Shown: positions 1-8,619, counted from the first letter of the stretch. The stretch: DNA of 30,824 nt from Cyanobacteriota bacterium (GCA_041174245.1 JBEDHF010000004.1:1-30824); one strand, 5' to 3'. The notes: generated by a model from the letters alone, not told the origin. Translations and numbers: made by a program.

Positions 1-1
1 C

Positions 2-1180
2 CCCCGCTACAACACCCAGAGCCGCCGCCGCAAGACCCGCAGTGTGCGCGTCGGCGATGTCTGGATCGGCAGCGAACACCCGGTGGTGGTGCAGTCGATG
101 ATCAATGAGGACACCCTCGACATTGAAGGGGCCACCGCCGGCATCCGCCGCCTGCACGAGGCGGGATGCGAGATCGTGCGCGTCACGGTGCCCTCCCTGG
201 CCCATGCCAAGGCGATGGGTGAGATTCGCCGCCGCCTCGAAGCCACCTACCGGCCCGTGCCTCTGGTGGCCGATGTGCACCACAACGGCATGAAGATCGC
301 CCTTGAGGTGGCCCAACACGTGGACAAGGTGCGGATCAATCCCGGCCTGTTCGTCTTCGACAAGCCCGACCCCAACCGCACCGAATTCAGCGATCAGGAG
401 ATCGCGGCGATCGGAGCCCGGATCGAAGAAACCTTCGCGCCGCTGGTGGAGCTGCTGCGCGACCAGGACAAGGCGCTGCGCATCGGCGTCAACCACGGCT
501 CCCTGGCGGAACGGATGCTGTTCCGTTACGGCGACACCCCCCTGGGGATGGTGGAGAGCGCGATGGAATTCATCCGCATCTGCGACCGCCTTGATTTCCA
601 CAACATCGTGGTCTCGATGAAAGCCTCGCGGGCTCCGGTGATGCTGGCCGCCTATCGGATGATGGCCGACCGGATGGATGCCGAGGGCTTCCACTACCCG
701 CTCCATCTCGGCGTCACCGAAGCCGGCGACGGCGACTACGGCCGCGTCAAAAGCACCGCCGGCATTGCACCGCTGCTGGCCGAGGGCATCGGCGACACGA
801 TCCGGGTGTCGCTCACCGAGGCTCCCGAGAAGGAGATTCCTGTCTGCTACTCGATCCTGCAGGCCCTGGGGCTGCGCAAGACGATGGTGGAATACGTGGC
901 CTGCCCGAGCTGCGGCCGCACCCTGTTCAACCTCGAGGAGGTGCTGCACACGGTGCGGAACGCCACCGCCCACCTCACCGGTCTCGACATCGCCGTGATG
1001 GGCTGCATCGTCAATGGCCCTGGCGAGATGGCCGACGCCGACTACGGCTATGTCGGCAAGACGCCCGGCGTGATCTCCCTCTACCGCGGCCGCGATGAGA
1101 TCCGGCGCGTGCCCGAGGCCGAGGGTGTCGAGGCCCTGATCGCCCTGATCAAGGAAGACGGCCGCTGGGTCGATCCCTGA
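2..1180 (+). CDS. ispG: (E)-4-hydroxy-3-methylbut-2-enyl-diphosphate synthase IspG/GcpE (5' end outside the window)
   Basis: The frame is open from base 2 ([19 protein letters not shown]). Motifs include [44 protein letters not shown] and the 4Fe-4S ligands CPSCGR...GCIVNGPGE. Confidence 0.97.
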   Translation, partial: PRYNTQSRRRKTRSVRVGDVWIGSEHPVVVQSMINEDTLDIEGATAGIRRLHEAGCEIVRVTVPSLAHAKAMGEIRRRLEATYRPVPLVADVHHNGMKIALEVAQHVDKVRINPGLFVFDKPDPNRTEFSDQEIAAIGARIEETFAPLVELLRDQDKALRIGVNHGSLAERMLFRYGDTPLGMVESAMEFIRICDRLDFHNIVVSMKASRAPVMLAAYRMMADRMDAEGFHYPLHLGVTEAGDGDYGRVKSTAGIAPLLAEGIGDTIRVSLTEAPEKEIPVCYSILQALGLRKTMVEYVACPSCGRTLFNLEEVLHTVRNATAHLTGLDIAVMGCIVNGPGEMADADYGYVGKTPGVISLYRGRDEIRRVPEAEGVEALIALIKEDGRWVDP

Positions 1181-1356
1181 TCCGCTGGCGTTGATAGGCG
1201 CAGCCGCTGCAGCCCTGCTGCCGAAAAGCCACTGCTGCCGCAACGCACTGCAGCCTCAAGGCCACTGACAGCTGACCGCGCTCCTGTGGCCACGGCAACG
1301 CTCCAATCGCGACGCTGCCGACCAACAGCGCGACGCCACGCCCCGGCGGAGCTACC

Positions 1357-2727
1357 TTGAACAGACATTCCCGAGTTCTTCGAGGGCTCTCTTTGATGGC
1401 CAGCGGTCGCGCCAGCCTCTGTGTGCTGGTCGGATTGGGCGCCTGTGCAGCCACCGCCGTCGTTGCCGGAGAACTGGTCGGCGCTCCGACGCCGATCTCG
1501 CCGGTGAGCGACAGCCCCAAGGAGGTGATGGATCAGGCCTGGCAGATCGTCTTCCGGGACTACCTGGACATCAACGGCAAATACACCCCGGACCGCTGGC
1601 GCAAAATGCGCCACGACGTGCTGGCCAGGTCGTATGGCAACCCAAAGGAGGCCTACGACGCCATCCGCGGCATGCTCGGCAGCCTCGATGATCCCTACAC
1701 CCGCTTCCTGGATCCGCGGGAATTCAAGGAGATGCAGATCGACACCTCCGGGGAGCTGACCGGGGTGGGGATGCAGCTCAGCCTCGACAAGAGCACCAAG
1801 GAGCTGACCGTGATCGCCCCGATCGAGGGGTCACCGGCCTCCCGTGCCGGGGTGCAGCCCAAGGATGTGATCACGGCGATCGATGGCCGCAGCACCAAGG
1901 GCATGAGCACCGAGGAAGCGGTGAAGCTGATCCGGGGCCAGGCCGGCACCAAGGTGGAGATCACCCTGCGTCGCAAGGGCCAGAGCCTGACCTTGCCACT
2001 GGTGCGTGAGCTGATCGAGCTGCACGCCGTTGAACACCAGATCAACACCAGCGCCGATGGGCGCCGCATCGGTTACATCCGCCTCAAGCAGTTCACGGCC
2101 AATGCCTCCCGTGACATGCGGGCCGCGATCAAGGACCTCGATCCAAAGGTCGATGGCTACGTGCTCGACCTGCGCAGCAACCCAGGCGGCCTGCTGATGG
2201 CCAGTGTCGACATCGCCCGCCAGTGGTTGAACGAGGGCACGATCGTTTCCACCCGCACCCGCGATGGCATCCAGGATGTGAAGCGGGCCAATGGCCATGC
2301 CCTGACCACCAAGCCGCTGGTGATCCTCGTCAACGAGGGCTCGGCCAGTGCCAGTGAGATCCTCTCCGGCGCGCTCCAGGACAACCACCGGGCCGTGCTC
2401 GTCGGCCAGAAGACCTTCGGCAAGGGGCTGGTGCAATCGGTGCGGAGCCTCTCCGATGGCTCCGGCATGACGGTGACCATCGCCAAATACCTCACCCCCA
2501 GCGGCCGCGACATCCACAAGCACGGCATCGACCCGGATGTGGTGGCCAAGATGGGCGACCGGGAGGTCGATCGCCTGCGGATCGAGGACATCGGCACCCA
2601 GAAGGACAGCCAGTACCGGGCCGCGGAAACAACGCTGATGAAGCAGATCCGTCAGGGAACAACCGTGGAGCGGCCGTACACCCCCGGCAGCGCCAACGTG
2701 CCCGCAGCGATGCTGCAGAAGCCCTGA
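1357..2727 (+). CDS. ctpA: Carboxyl-terminal processing protease (S41A, PDZ-containing; CtpA/B type). Alternative start at ATG 1396
   Basis: N-terminal hydrophobic segment, LDDPYTRF, PDZ region (GVGMQL...GSPASRAGVQPKDVI), DLRSNPGGLL, catalytic SASASEI and TFGKG motifs. Confidence 0.93.
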   Translation: MNRHSRVLRGLSLMASGRASLCVLVGLGACAATAVVAGELVGAPTPISPVSDSPKEVMDQAWQIVFRDYLDINGKYTPDRWRKMRHDVLARSYGNPKEAYDAIRGMLGSLDDPYTRFLDPREFKEMQIDTSGELTGVGMQLSLDKSTKELTVIAPIEGSPASRAGVQPKDVITAIDGRSTKGMSTEEAVKLIRGQAGTKVEITLRRKGQSLTLPLVRELIELHAVEHQINTSADGRRIGYIRLKQFTANASRDMRAAIKDLDPKVDGYVLDLRSNPGGLLMASVDIARQWLNEGTIVSTRTRDGIQDVKRANGHALTTKPLVILVNEGSASASEILSGALQDNHRAVLVGQKTFGKGLVQSVRSLSDGSGMTVTIAKYLTPSGRDIHKHGIDPDVVAKMGDREVDRLRIEDIGTQKDSQYRAAETTLMKQIRQGTTVERPYTPGSANVPAAMLQKP

Positions 2728-2885
2728 GAGTTGCGGCCCCAGGCCAAAGCTCGAGGAGCGCCGCGGAGGCCTTCCGTGGTGACCCCAGACGCTGCTCTGC
2801 TCAGGAGACTCAGGCCTTGGACCGATGGCCCCTCACGAGGGAGCCTGCCCCCTGACCCACCCGTTCCTGAGGGAGAGCTGAAACG

Positions 2886-3182
2886 ATGGCGGATCTCGAA
2901 GCGAACGGATCGCCGCAATCCCCAGCAGCAGACCACAGATCCCCCTCGATCTGGGAGCAGAAGCCCTGGTGGTGCCAACCCTGGTCGATCCTCGGCACCG
3001 GCATCACCGTGGTGGCCCTGAGCTGGCTGGCGCTGCAGATCTGGTGGCTGTCGGCGGCAACAGCGCTGGCCGTGGCCGCCTGGTGGTGGTTGTTTTTGCT
3101 GGCGGTACCCGCCGCCTACCGCCAGCAGTTTAAGACGGCCTTACAGGCGGGCAGCGAGATCCCACCAGAGAACAAGGGGTGA
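2886..3182 (+). CDS. Small two-TM cyanobacterial membrane protein (DUF6737-like)
   Basis: SIWEQKPWWCQPWSILGTG followed by two hydrophobic helices ending LAVPAAYR. The pattern is recalled from cyanobacterial DUF6737 proteins. Confidence 0.7.
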   Translation: MADLEANGSPQSPAADHRSPSIWEQKPWWCQPWSILGTGITVVALSWLALQIWWLSAATALAVAAWWWLFLLAVPAAYRQQFKTALQAGSEIPPENKG

Positions 3183-3297
3183 TGCGTAGACGCGGCCCGC
3201 GAGCAGACGTCCTTGGGCTGGGCGAACGTGGCAGGGCGACGCCGGCTGAGGCCACCTGATCGCTCGCGCCCTGGCCCGGATCGGGCTGATGGCCTGA

Positions 3298-3465
3298 TCA
3301 GGCCACGGGCTGCATCAGACCACCGCCGGGAGAGGAATCGTCGTCATCGTTTTCACCGCTCGGACGGGTGATGGCATAGATGCCGAGGGCGGCCATGCTC
3401 ACCAGGGCGGACAGCAGCGAGGAGACGGAGGACCAGTCGGACCCGAAATCGATGACCTCTCCCAT
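3298..3465 (-). CDS. 55-aa single-TM microprotein MGEVIDFGSDWSSVSSLLSALVSMAALGIYAITRPSGENDDDDSSPGGGLMQPVA (not in the ORF track)
   Basis: Translated manually: ATG at 3465, TGA at 3298-3300, GC-rich third positions, one TM helix, then an acidic run and a GGGLMQP tail of the kind seen in small picocyanobacterial hypotheticals. Confidence 0.75.
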   Translation of the reverse strand: MGEVIDFGSDWSSVSSLLSALVSMAALGIYAITRPSGENDDDDSSPGGGLMQPVA

Positions 3466-3473
3466 GACGGATC

Positions 3474-3501
3474 CGTTACAAGCGTTCTCAGGATTGTAAC
3501 G
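3474..3501. promoter_or_regulatory. Perfect 8-bp inverted repeat CGTTACAA-N12-TTGTAACG in the divergent microprotein/usp intergenic region
   Basis: Seen directly. It is an AT-rich palindrome in GC-rich DNA, 8 nt upstream of the microprotein ATG. Function is inferred. Confidence 0.45.
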
Positions 3502-3611
3502 AACTTTGTGGGGATGTCACCGAACTGCAGCAACTGCGTGAGCGCATCCGGACGTCCGCCAGGCCCTGCCTACGTTCTCGGGGCCTGGCCCAGGGTCCGC
3601 CTGCGCTGCCG

Positions 3612-4112
3612 ATGTATCACCACCTGCTGGTCCCCACCGATGGCAGCGCGCCATCAGAGCGCTGCCTCAGCCATGCCGTGGCCCTCGCCCGGGCCCTCGA
3701 GGCCCGGATCACCATCTTTCATGCCCGCGCCAGCGCCTATGCCCAGACGGCCGTGCTGCCCTACGGACTGGAGGCCGTGGCCTTCGATGCCGAGCTCACG
3801 GCCCGCTTCGAGGAAAGCCGGCGCCAGCAGGCCGAGCAGCTGCTCGCTGCCGCCGTGGCCGAAGCCAACGCCGCCGGGGTGGACGCCGAGTCCGAGAGCG
3901 TTGCAGCGGATTGCGTTTGGCGCGCCATCCTGGAGGCCGCCGAACGGCGCGGCTGCGACCTGATCATGATGGCCTCCCATGGCCGCTCCGGCCTGGCCGC
4001 CCTGTTGGTGGGCAGTGAAACGCTGCGGGTGCTGAGCCACAGCCCGGTACCGGTGCTCGTCGATCGGCCGCCGGCCGCGGCGTCAGAGCGGGGCGAGGAG
4101 ATGCCCGTCTGA
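3612..4112 (+). CDS. Universal stress protein (UspA family)
   Basis: N-terminal MYHHLLVPTDGS and C-terminal CDLIMMASHGRSGLAALLVGSETLRVLSHSPVPVLV. Confidence 0.95.
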   Translation: MYHHLLVPTDGSAPSERCLSHAVALARALEARITIFHARASAYAQTAVLPYGLEAVAFDAELTARFEESRRQQAEQLLAAAVAEANAAGVDAESESVAADCVWRAILEAAERRGCDLIMMASHGRSGLAALLVGSETLRVLSHSPVPVLVDRPPAAASERGEEMPV

Positions 4113-4137
4113 TCGCCGCTCGCCAGCTCTGGCCGCC

Positions 4138-6498
4138 TCAGACCTCGGTGAAGAAACCACTGCGGGCCAGGGCCTCCTCGGCCGGGCTGAAATGGGGCGG
4201 CTCAAGCGCCAGATCGGGGTTGTAGCGGTAGTTGTCGTGCAGGAAGCGGGAATGGAGCACGGCCTGCTCCACGGCGCTGATCGCCGCAGCGGCCCGCTCA
4301 CGGATCTGCGCCTGCTGCACCAGATCCTCCTGGTGCAAAGCGAGCTGCAGTTCATCGCGCAGGATCGAGAGATGCACCGCCGACTTGACGACGCCGTAGA
4401 TGCGCTGCACCCGGTCGCGACGGATCAAATCGATCGCCAGCGCATGGGCGCGCTCCAACTCGGAATCGAGGCCCGGCCAATAGCGCGTCGTGTAATAGGC
4501 GCTGTCGTCCTTGTGGAACCACTCCTCGCTGCGGGCAATCGACGACGACACCGTGTTGTGCAGCTTCCAGAGGAAGAGCCGCAGCGAGGCGCCGTCCTCG
4601 ATCACAGCCAGCTTGTCGGCCACGGTGACCTCGAGGGTGGGGGTGGCTTCTGTGGATCCGAGCAGCAGATACTCGATCGGATACATCGTCACCTCCCGGT
4701 TACGCACCACGTAACGGTTGAGATGGAAGCGGCAGTACGGGCAGGGATACATCGTGGCGAAGGCGGCGAAGAAGGCCTTGAACGCCTGGACCCCGCGCTG
4801 CTGCACTCCGGCGGGCTGGGCCGCCACCAGCTCGGCGCTGGTGTGCAGGAAGCGCCAGGTGGCCGGACCGATGTAGTAGGGGAAGCTGAGCCGCATCTCG
4901 CTGGCCGCGACGTCATCGCGGCCGAGATACACATCCAGGAAAGCGACGTATTGGCAGAGGAAGCCGGATTCACGGCCGAATTCCTGACGTTCGCGCCGCT
5001 TCTGAACACCGTTGAGGTAATGGCGGGTGAGCTCCCAGGCCCGCTTGATCTCCCGTTTGACCGTGAACGAACAGGCCGCGAAGCCATGCTTGACCGCCAG
5101 GCCATAGCGATCAAACTCGCCTTCGGCATCGGTGCGGGCGAACCAGGCATCGAGATCCGCCTCCGTGGTGCTCTCCCAGGCCCGTAGATCGTCAACGCTC
5201 AGCACACTGCAGGCCCGCAGCAGCAGCGGCATGAACTCCTCGTACCAGTAGGCCGTCGGCATGATCGAGCCCGCGAAGTGGCTGTCGCCGGCATCGACGA
5301 TCACCCGCTGCCAGGTCTCGAGATAGGGACGGCTGACGGCGCTGCTGGCACCGTCGCCGGCCCCAGACTCGGTGCTGCGGCTGAGTTCATGGTGGTCCTC
5401 CAGCAACCGCAGCCTGTTCAGCTCGAGATGGTGCAGATCCTCCAGGGTGATCGACTCAGGGCTGTGGCCAAGCAATCCGGCACTGAGCAGCAACTCCACC
5501 AGGGCGGCAAAGATCTGGTGGTGATGGTCGAGCGCTTCCAGCTCTTGCTCGAGCACCGCCTCGGCCTCCAGCATCGCCTCGGTGTGGGGGATCTGATCCC
5601 AGCGGGCCATGCGATCGCGCAGCTCCGCCTCGGCCCGGTTCACCGACGCCCGCAGCTCCTCGAAGGGGGCTTCGGCTCCAGCTTCAACAAGGCCCAGAGC
5701 CAGGTAGTAATCGAGGGCCGCATTCACAAAGCGGCAGAAATCAGGAATCGTGTAGGGAAGGTCGTAGGCGCGCAGGTGCGTTTCCGAGTTAGCGGAATAG
5801 CTTTCGCGGAAACTGCGGTAGGCCGCGCCCTGCAGCAACCGGAACAGGCCGATCTGCATCTGCAGCGGTGAAGTGCCCAGGCGCGGATCGTCGGCGACCT
5901 GAGGATCCGGTCGCAGGGGCGCCTGGCCGCCAGCCAGGGCAGCGTTCGCCGCAACCGTCGCCGTACCGGACGGGGCCGGAACGGCCTGGAAGGCGGTGCC
6001 GGGTTGGTTGGCGCGATAGGCGCGGGGATGGGGATCGAAGGTCTCCGGCAGGTAGGCCAGAAACTTCTGGGCGCTGATCGTTTCGCCACCGTCCTGATCC
6101 ACCTCCAGCACGATCGCCTTGGCGGTCTCGCTCGGAATCTCAAACAGGTCGAGCAGGCGCTCAAGGCTGGCCACGGAGATCGTGGTCTTGCCGGCGGCCA
6201 GCAGCCGGAAGGCCTCGCGGCCTCGCAGGGCCTGATCGCCGAGCAGCACCGTCAACAGCAGCCGCAGCTGCTCGTTGCTGAGGTTGGTGGTGGGCAGTCG
6301 GTAGCTGTGCAGAGCGGCCAGCAGCTCCGAGGCGGGAATGGTCAGCCCCTCCGTCGCCACGGCCTGCTGCAGGGCCACCACCAGCCGATCGCGGGCGGAA
6401 CTGGCGTCGGCCTCAGCCGCAGCCACCGGAGCCTGCCAGCGCTCGAGCAGGCGATCCAGCTGCTGGGAGGAAAGAGTGGCCACTGCAACACAGCGCAT
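4138..6498 (-). CDS. 786-aa protein: degenerate EF-hand pair, uncharacterised middle region and C-terminal Erv1/ALR-like FAD sulfhydryl-oxidase domain
   Basis: The segment REAFRLL...TISVASLERLL...IVLEVDQDGGETISAQKF follows calmodulin-lobe spacing. The C-terminal IGPATWRFLHT...YPCPYCRFH...FLWKLHNTVS matches the Erv/ALR signature (GxxxWxxLH, YPCxxC, WxxHNxV). Confidence 0.8.
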   Translation of the reverse strand: MRCVAVATLSSQQLDRLLERWQAPVAAAEADASSARDRLVVALQQAVATEGLTIPASELLAALHSYRLPTTNLSNEQLRLLLTVLLGDQALRGREAFRLLAAGKTTISVASLERLLDLFEIPSETAKAIVLEVDQDGGETISAQKFLAYLPETFDPHPRAYRANQPGTAFQAVPAPSGTATVAANAALAGGQAPLRPDPQVADDPRLGTSPLQMQIGLFRLLQGAAYRSFRESYSANSETHLRAYDLPYTIPDFCRFVNAALDYYLALGLVEAGAEAPFEELRASVNRAEAELRDRMARWDQIPHTEAMLEAEAVLEQELEALDHHHQIFAALVELLLSAGLLGHSPESITLEDLHHLELNRLRLLEDHHELSRSTESGAGDGASSAVSRPYLETWQRVIVDAGDSHFAGSIMPTAYWYEEFMPLLLRACSVLSVDDLRAWESTTEADLDAWFARTDAEGEFDRYGLAVKHGFAACSFTVKREIKRAWELTRHYLNGVQKRRERQEFGRESGFLCQYVAFLDVYLGRDDVAASEMRLSFPYYIGPATWRFLHTSAELVAAQPAGVQQRGVQAFKAFFAAFATMYPCPYCRFHLNRYVVRNREVTMYPIEYLLLGSTEATPTLEVTVADKLAVIEDGASLRLFLWKLHNTVSSSIARSEEWFHKDDSAYYTTRYWPGLDSELERAHALAIDLIRRDRVQRIYGVVKSAVHLSILRDELQLALHQEDLVQQAQIRERAAAAISAVEQAVLHSRFLHDNYRYNPDLALEPPHFSPAEEALARSGFFTEV

Positions 6499-6563
6499 GC
6501 AGCGACAAGGTAGCCGCGTTCATGCAGCAGCATCCAGCACTGCAACAGGCTGCTGACGCTTGA

Positions 6564-7331
6564 ATGGGGCAGGGTCAAGGCCAGGGGGCCATGCATTCAG
6601 GGGCCAGCCGTCCGTGGCATCCGATCCCGGTGATCGAGAGCGGCGAGCCGCTGTTGCCGCTGCCTGCGGACCTGCTGCGGCTTGAGCCCCATCCCTACCA
6701 GGCGCTCGGTGCCCCCTATGGCAACGGCGCCTCGCCCTTTCAACTGCGGCAGGGGGTGATCGAGCGCCTGCTCACGGCCCAGCGCCTGCTGCAGCAGGAA
6801 CGCAGCGGCTGGAGGCTGGCGATCTTCGATGGCTGGCGCCCCGTGGCGGTGCAGCGCTTCATGGTGGAGCACACCTTCGCCAGTGAATGCCGCCGCCTGG
6901 GTGTGGATCAGGATCAACCCTCCAGGGAGCGGGATCAGGTGATCGAAGCAGTGGCTCGGCTATGGGCACCACCGAGCGAAGATCCAGCCACGCCACCGCC
7001 CCACAGCACCGGCGCCGCCGTTGATCTGACCCTGGTGGATCAAGGCGGGCAGGCCGCAGCGATGGGGTCAGCGATCGATGCCATCGGGGCGAGCGCCGAA
7101 CCCGATCATCCCGGCCGTCTGGCCCTGGCCCTGCCCCCCGGTGAAGAACGGGAGCAGCTGCTGCGCCACCAGCAGCACCGCGATCTGCTGCAGCGGGCCA
7201 TGACCGGCGCCGGCTTCGCCCAGCACCCAGGGGAGTGGTGGCACTTCAGCTGGGGCGATCAACTCTGGGCCTGGCGCTCTGGGGCCCCTGCCGCGATCTA
7301 CGGACGCTGGTCAGAGCGTTCCACCGCCTGA
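6564..7331 (+). CDS. ddpX: D-alanyl-D-alanine dipeptidase (M15D, VanX/DdpX-like). Alternative start at ATG 6591
   Basis: IFDGWRP, Zn-binding PPHSTGAAVDLTL and EWWHFSWGD motifs. Confidence 0.88.
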   Translation: MGQGQGQGAMHSGASRPWHPIPVIESGEPLLPLPADLLRLEPHPYQALGAPYGNGASPFQLRQGVIERLLTAQRLLQQERSGWRLAIFDGWRPVAVQRFMVEHTFASECRRLGVDQDQPSRERDQVIEAVARLWAPPSEDPATPPPHSTGAAVDLTLVDQGGQAAAMGSAIDAIGASAEPDHPGRLALALPPGEEREQLLRHQQHRDLLQRAMTGAGFAQHPGEWWHFSWGDQLWAWRSGAPAAIYGRWSERSTA

Positions 7332-7942
7332 ACGCCGGCCTCAGGCAGGGACGTTTCGCGGCGCTGCTCGGCCCAGGCCTCCAGCTGCCGGATCTCAGTA
7401 CTGCGCTGTAGCACCAGTTGCTGCTGCAGGTTCAGCAACTGAGGGCTGGCGGTATGCACCTGGGCCTGCAACGCCAACATCTGACCGAAACGAAGGTAAG
7501 GAACCACCTGGCGCACATAGGCCCGGTCGTGATCAACGGCGGAAACAACGGCCTGCGGATCGAGCACCAGCCCGGGCACATTCAGAGCCAGCGGCGACCA
7601 GGTCGGCACCTCGCGGCCAAACCAGTGGCCATACCAACGACTGAGCAGGGCCTGATCCTGCCGTTGGCGCTCGCGGATCAGGGTCGCCAGATGACGCAGC
7701 CGTGGATCCTGCAGCCAGGGGATGGCCTGATCGGCCAACACCAGGGCACCGGCCTGATGCAACAGCAAGGTGCCGATCAGGTGCTGATCAATCGGCGGCA
7801 AGACTGCCGCACGAACCACCCCAGAATCAGCCGCCGCCGCTTCGCCGGCCCTGCTCAAGCCCGGAGCCAGCACCCACAGGCCAGCCATCAACGCCAGCGC
7901 GACACGATCAAGAGGGCGGAACACAAGCAGAGACGGGGGCAA
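7298..7942 (-). CDS. Exported DUF305-like (ferritin-fold, CopM-related) protein with degenerate metal motifs
   Basis: Signal peptide-like N-terminus and two repeats resembling DUF305 (IDQHLI...LRHLATLI...WYGHWFG; DRAYV...SPQLLNLQQQL...EIRQLEAW). Confidence 0.6.
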   Translation of the reverse strand: MPPSLLVFRPLDRVALALMAGLWVLAPGLSRAGEAAAADSGVVRAAVLPPIDQHLIGTLLLHQAGALVLADQAIPWLQDPRLRHLATLIRERQRQDQALLSRWYGHWFGREVPTWSPLALNVPGLVLDPQAVVSAVDHDRAYVRQVVPYLRFGQMLALQAQVHTASPQLLNLQQQLVLQRSTEIRQLEAWAEQRRETSLPEAGVQAVERSDQRP

Positions 7943-8087
7943 GAACGCCAGCGTCCAGGCTGCTGCCCTGAAGGCCTTGATCGCTGCTTCAAAGCGCCGT
8001 AGATCGGCAGGGGAACAGCATCAGCCCTCGGCCACCGGAGCCAAGGGGGCGCAAAGCGGACTGAGCAAAAGCAGAACGGAAGAGCGA

Positions 8088-8537
8088 TCAAGGCATCGGC
8101 GTCGTTGCAAGCGATACTCGGCCACGAACAAGAATTGAACTGGGAATCACACTGGCGGAGGCACAAGCACGCATCGGCCAGAGCCTAAGACGCTCCTGGC
8201 GAGGGAGATAACTGATGCGATCCAGAGGACAGCGCCTGGAAAGGTCCTGCCGCAGGGCAACCTCACCCCGAAGACAGGTGTACGACGGTGATCGGTAAGG
8301 GGACGACGGCTGGCTGTGATCCACACAACGGCCAAGTTCCCGAACGACGATCGCAAGCTGAGGCATGCCAGGCCTGGTGTCATTGATCCAGCGCTGAAAC
8401 GACGAGGCCAGTGGATCAAAAGGCAGGGCATCAGCTGGCAAGGCCACTGCAACCGATGAGAGGGCAAGAACCAGCGGGGCGAATTGCCCCAGGGAGCTCG
8501 AACCATAAAGACAACGACGAAGCGGAGAGAACACCAT
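8088..8537 (-). CDS. Hypothetical secreted protein with four Cys in the mature part
   Basis: Signal-like LVLALSSVAVALPADA followed by LPFDP. Start chosen at ATG 8537; the track gives TTG 8546. Confidence 0.55.
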   Translation of the reverse strand: MVFSPLRRCLYGSSSLGQFAPLVLALSSVAVALPADALPFDPLASSFQRWINDTRPGMPQLAIVVRELGRCVDHSQPSSPYRSPSYTCLRGEVALRQDLSRRCPLDRISYLPRQERLRLWPMRACASASVIPSSILVRGRVSLATTPMP

Positions 8538-8619
8538 CACCAACAATCAAGAAACAACAGGAACGGAAGACACGAAGGCCAACCAGGCTGCACAAGGACA
8601 GCTGAGAAAAGCAAAAACA

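Noticed and set aside
2728-2885. Known riboswitch (TPP, cobalamin, glutamine, glycine, guanidine) in the ctpA downstream spacer
   Set aside because: The conserved core sequences of these classes were not found. It is kept only as a low-interest possible structure.
3474-3520. NtcA box or canonical RpaB HLR1 site
   Set aside because: There is no GTA-N8-TAC spacing, and the half-sites are inverted rather than direct repeats with a 2-nt spacer.
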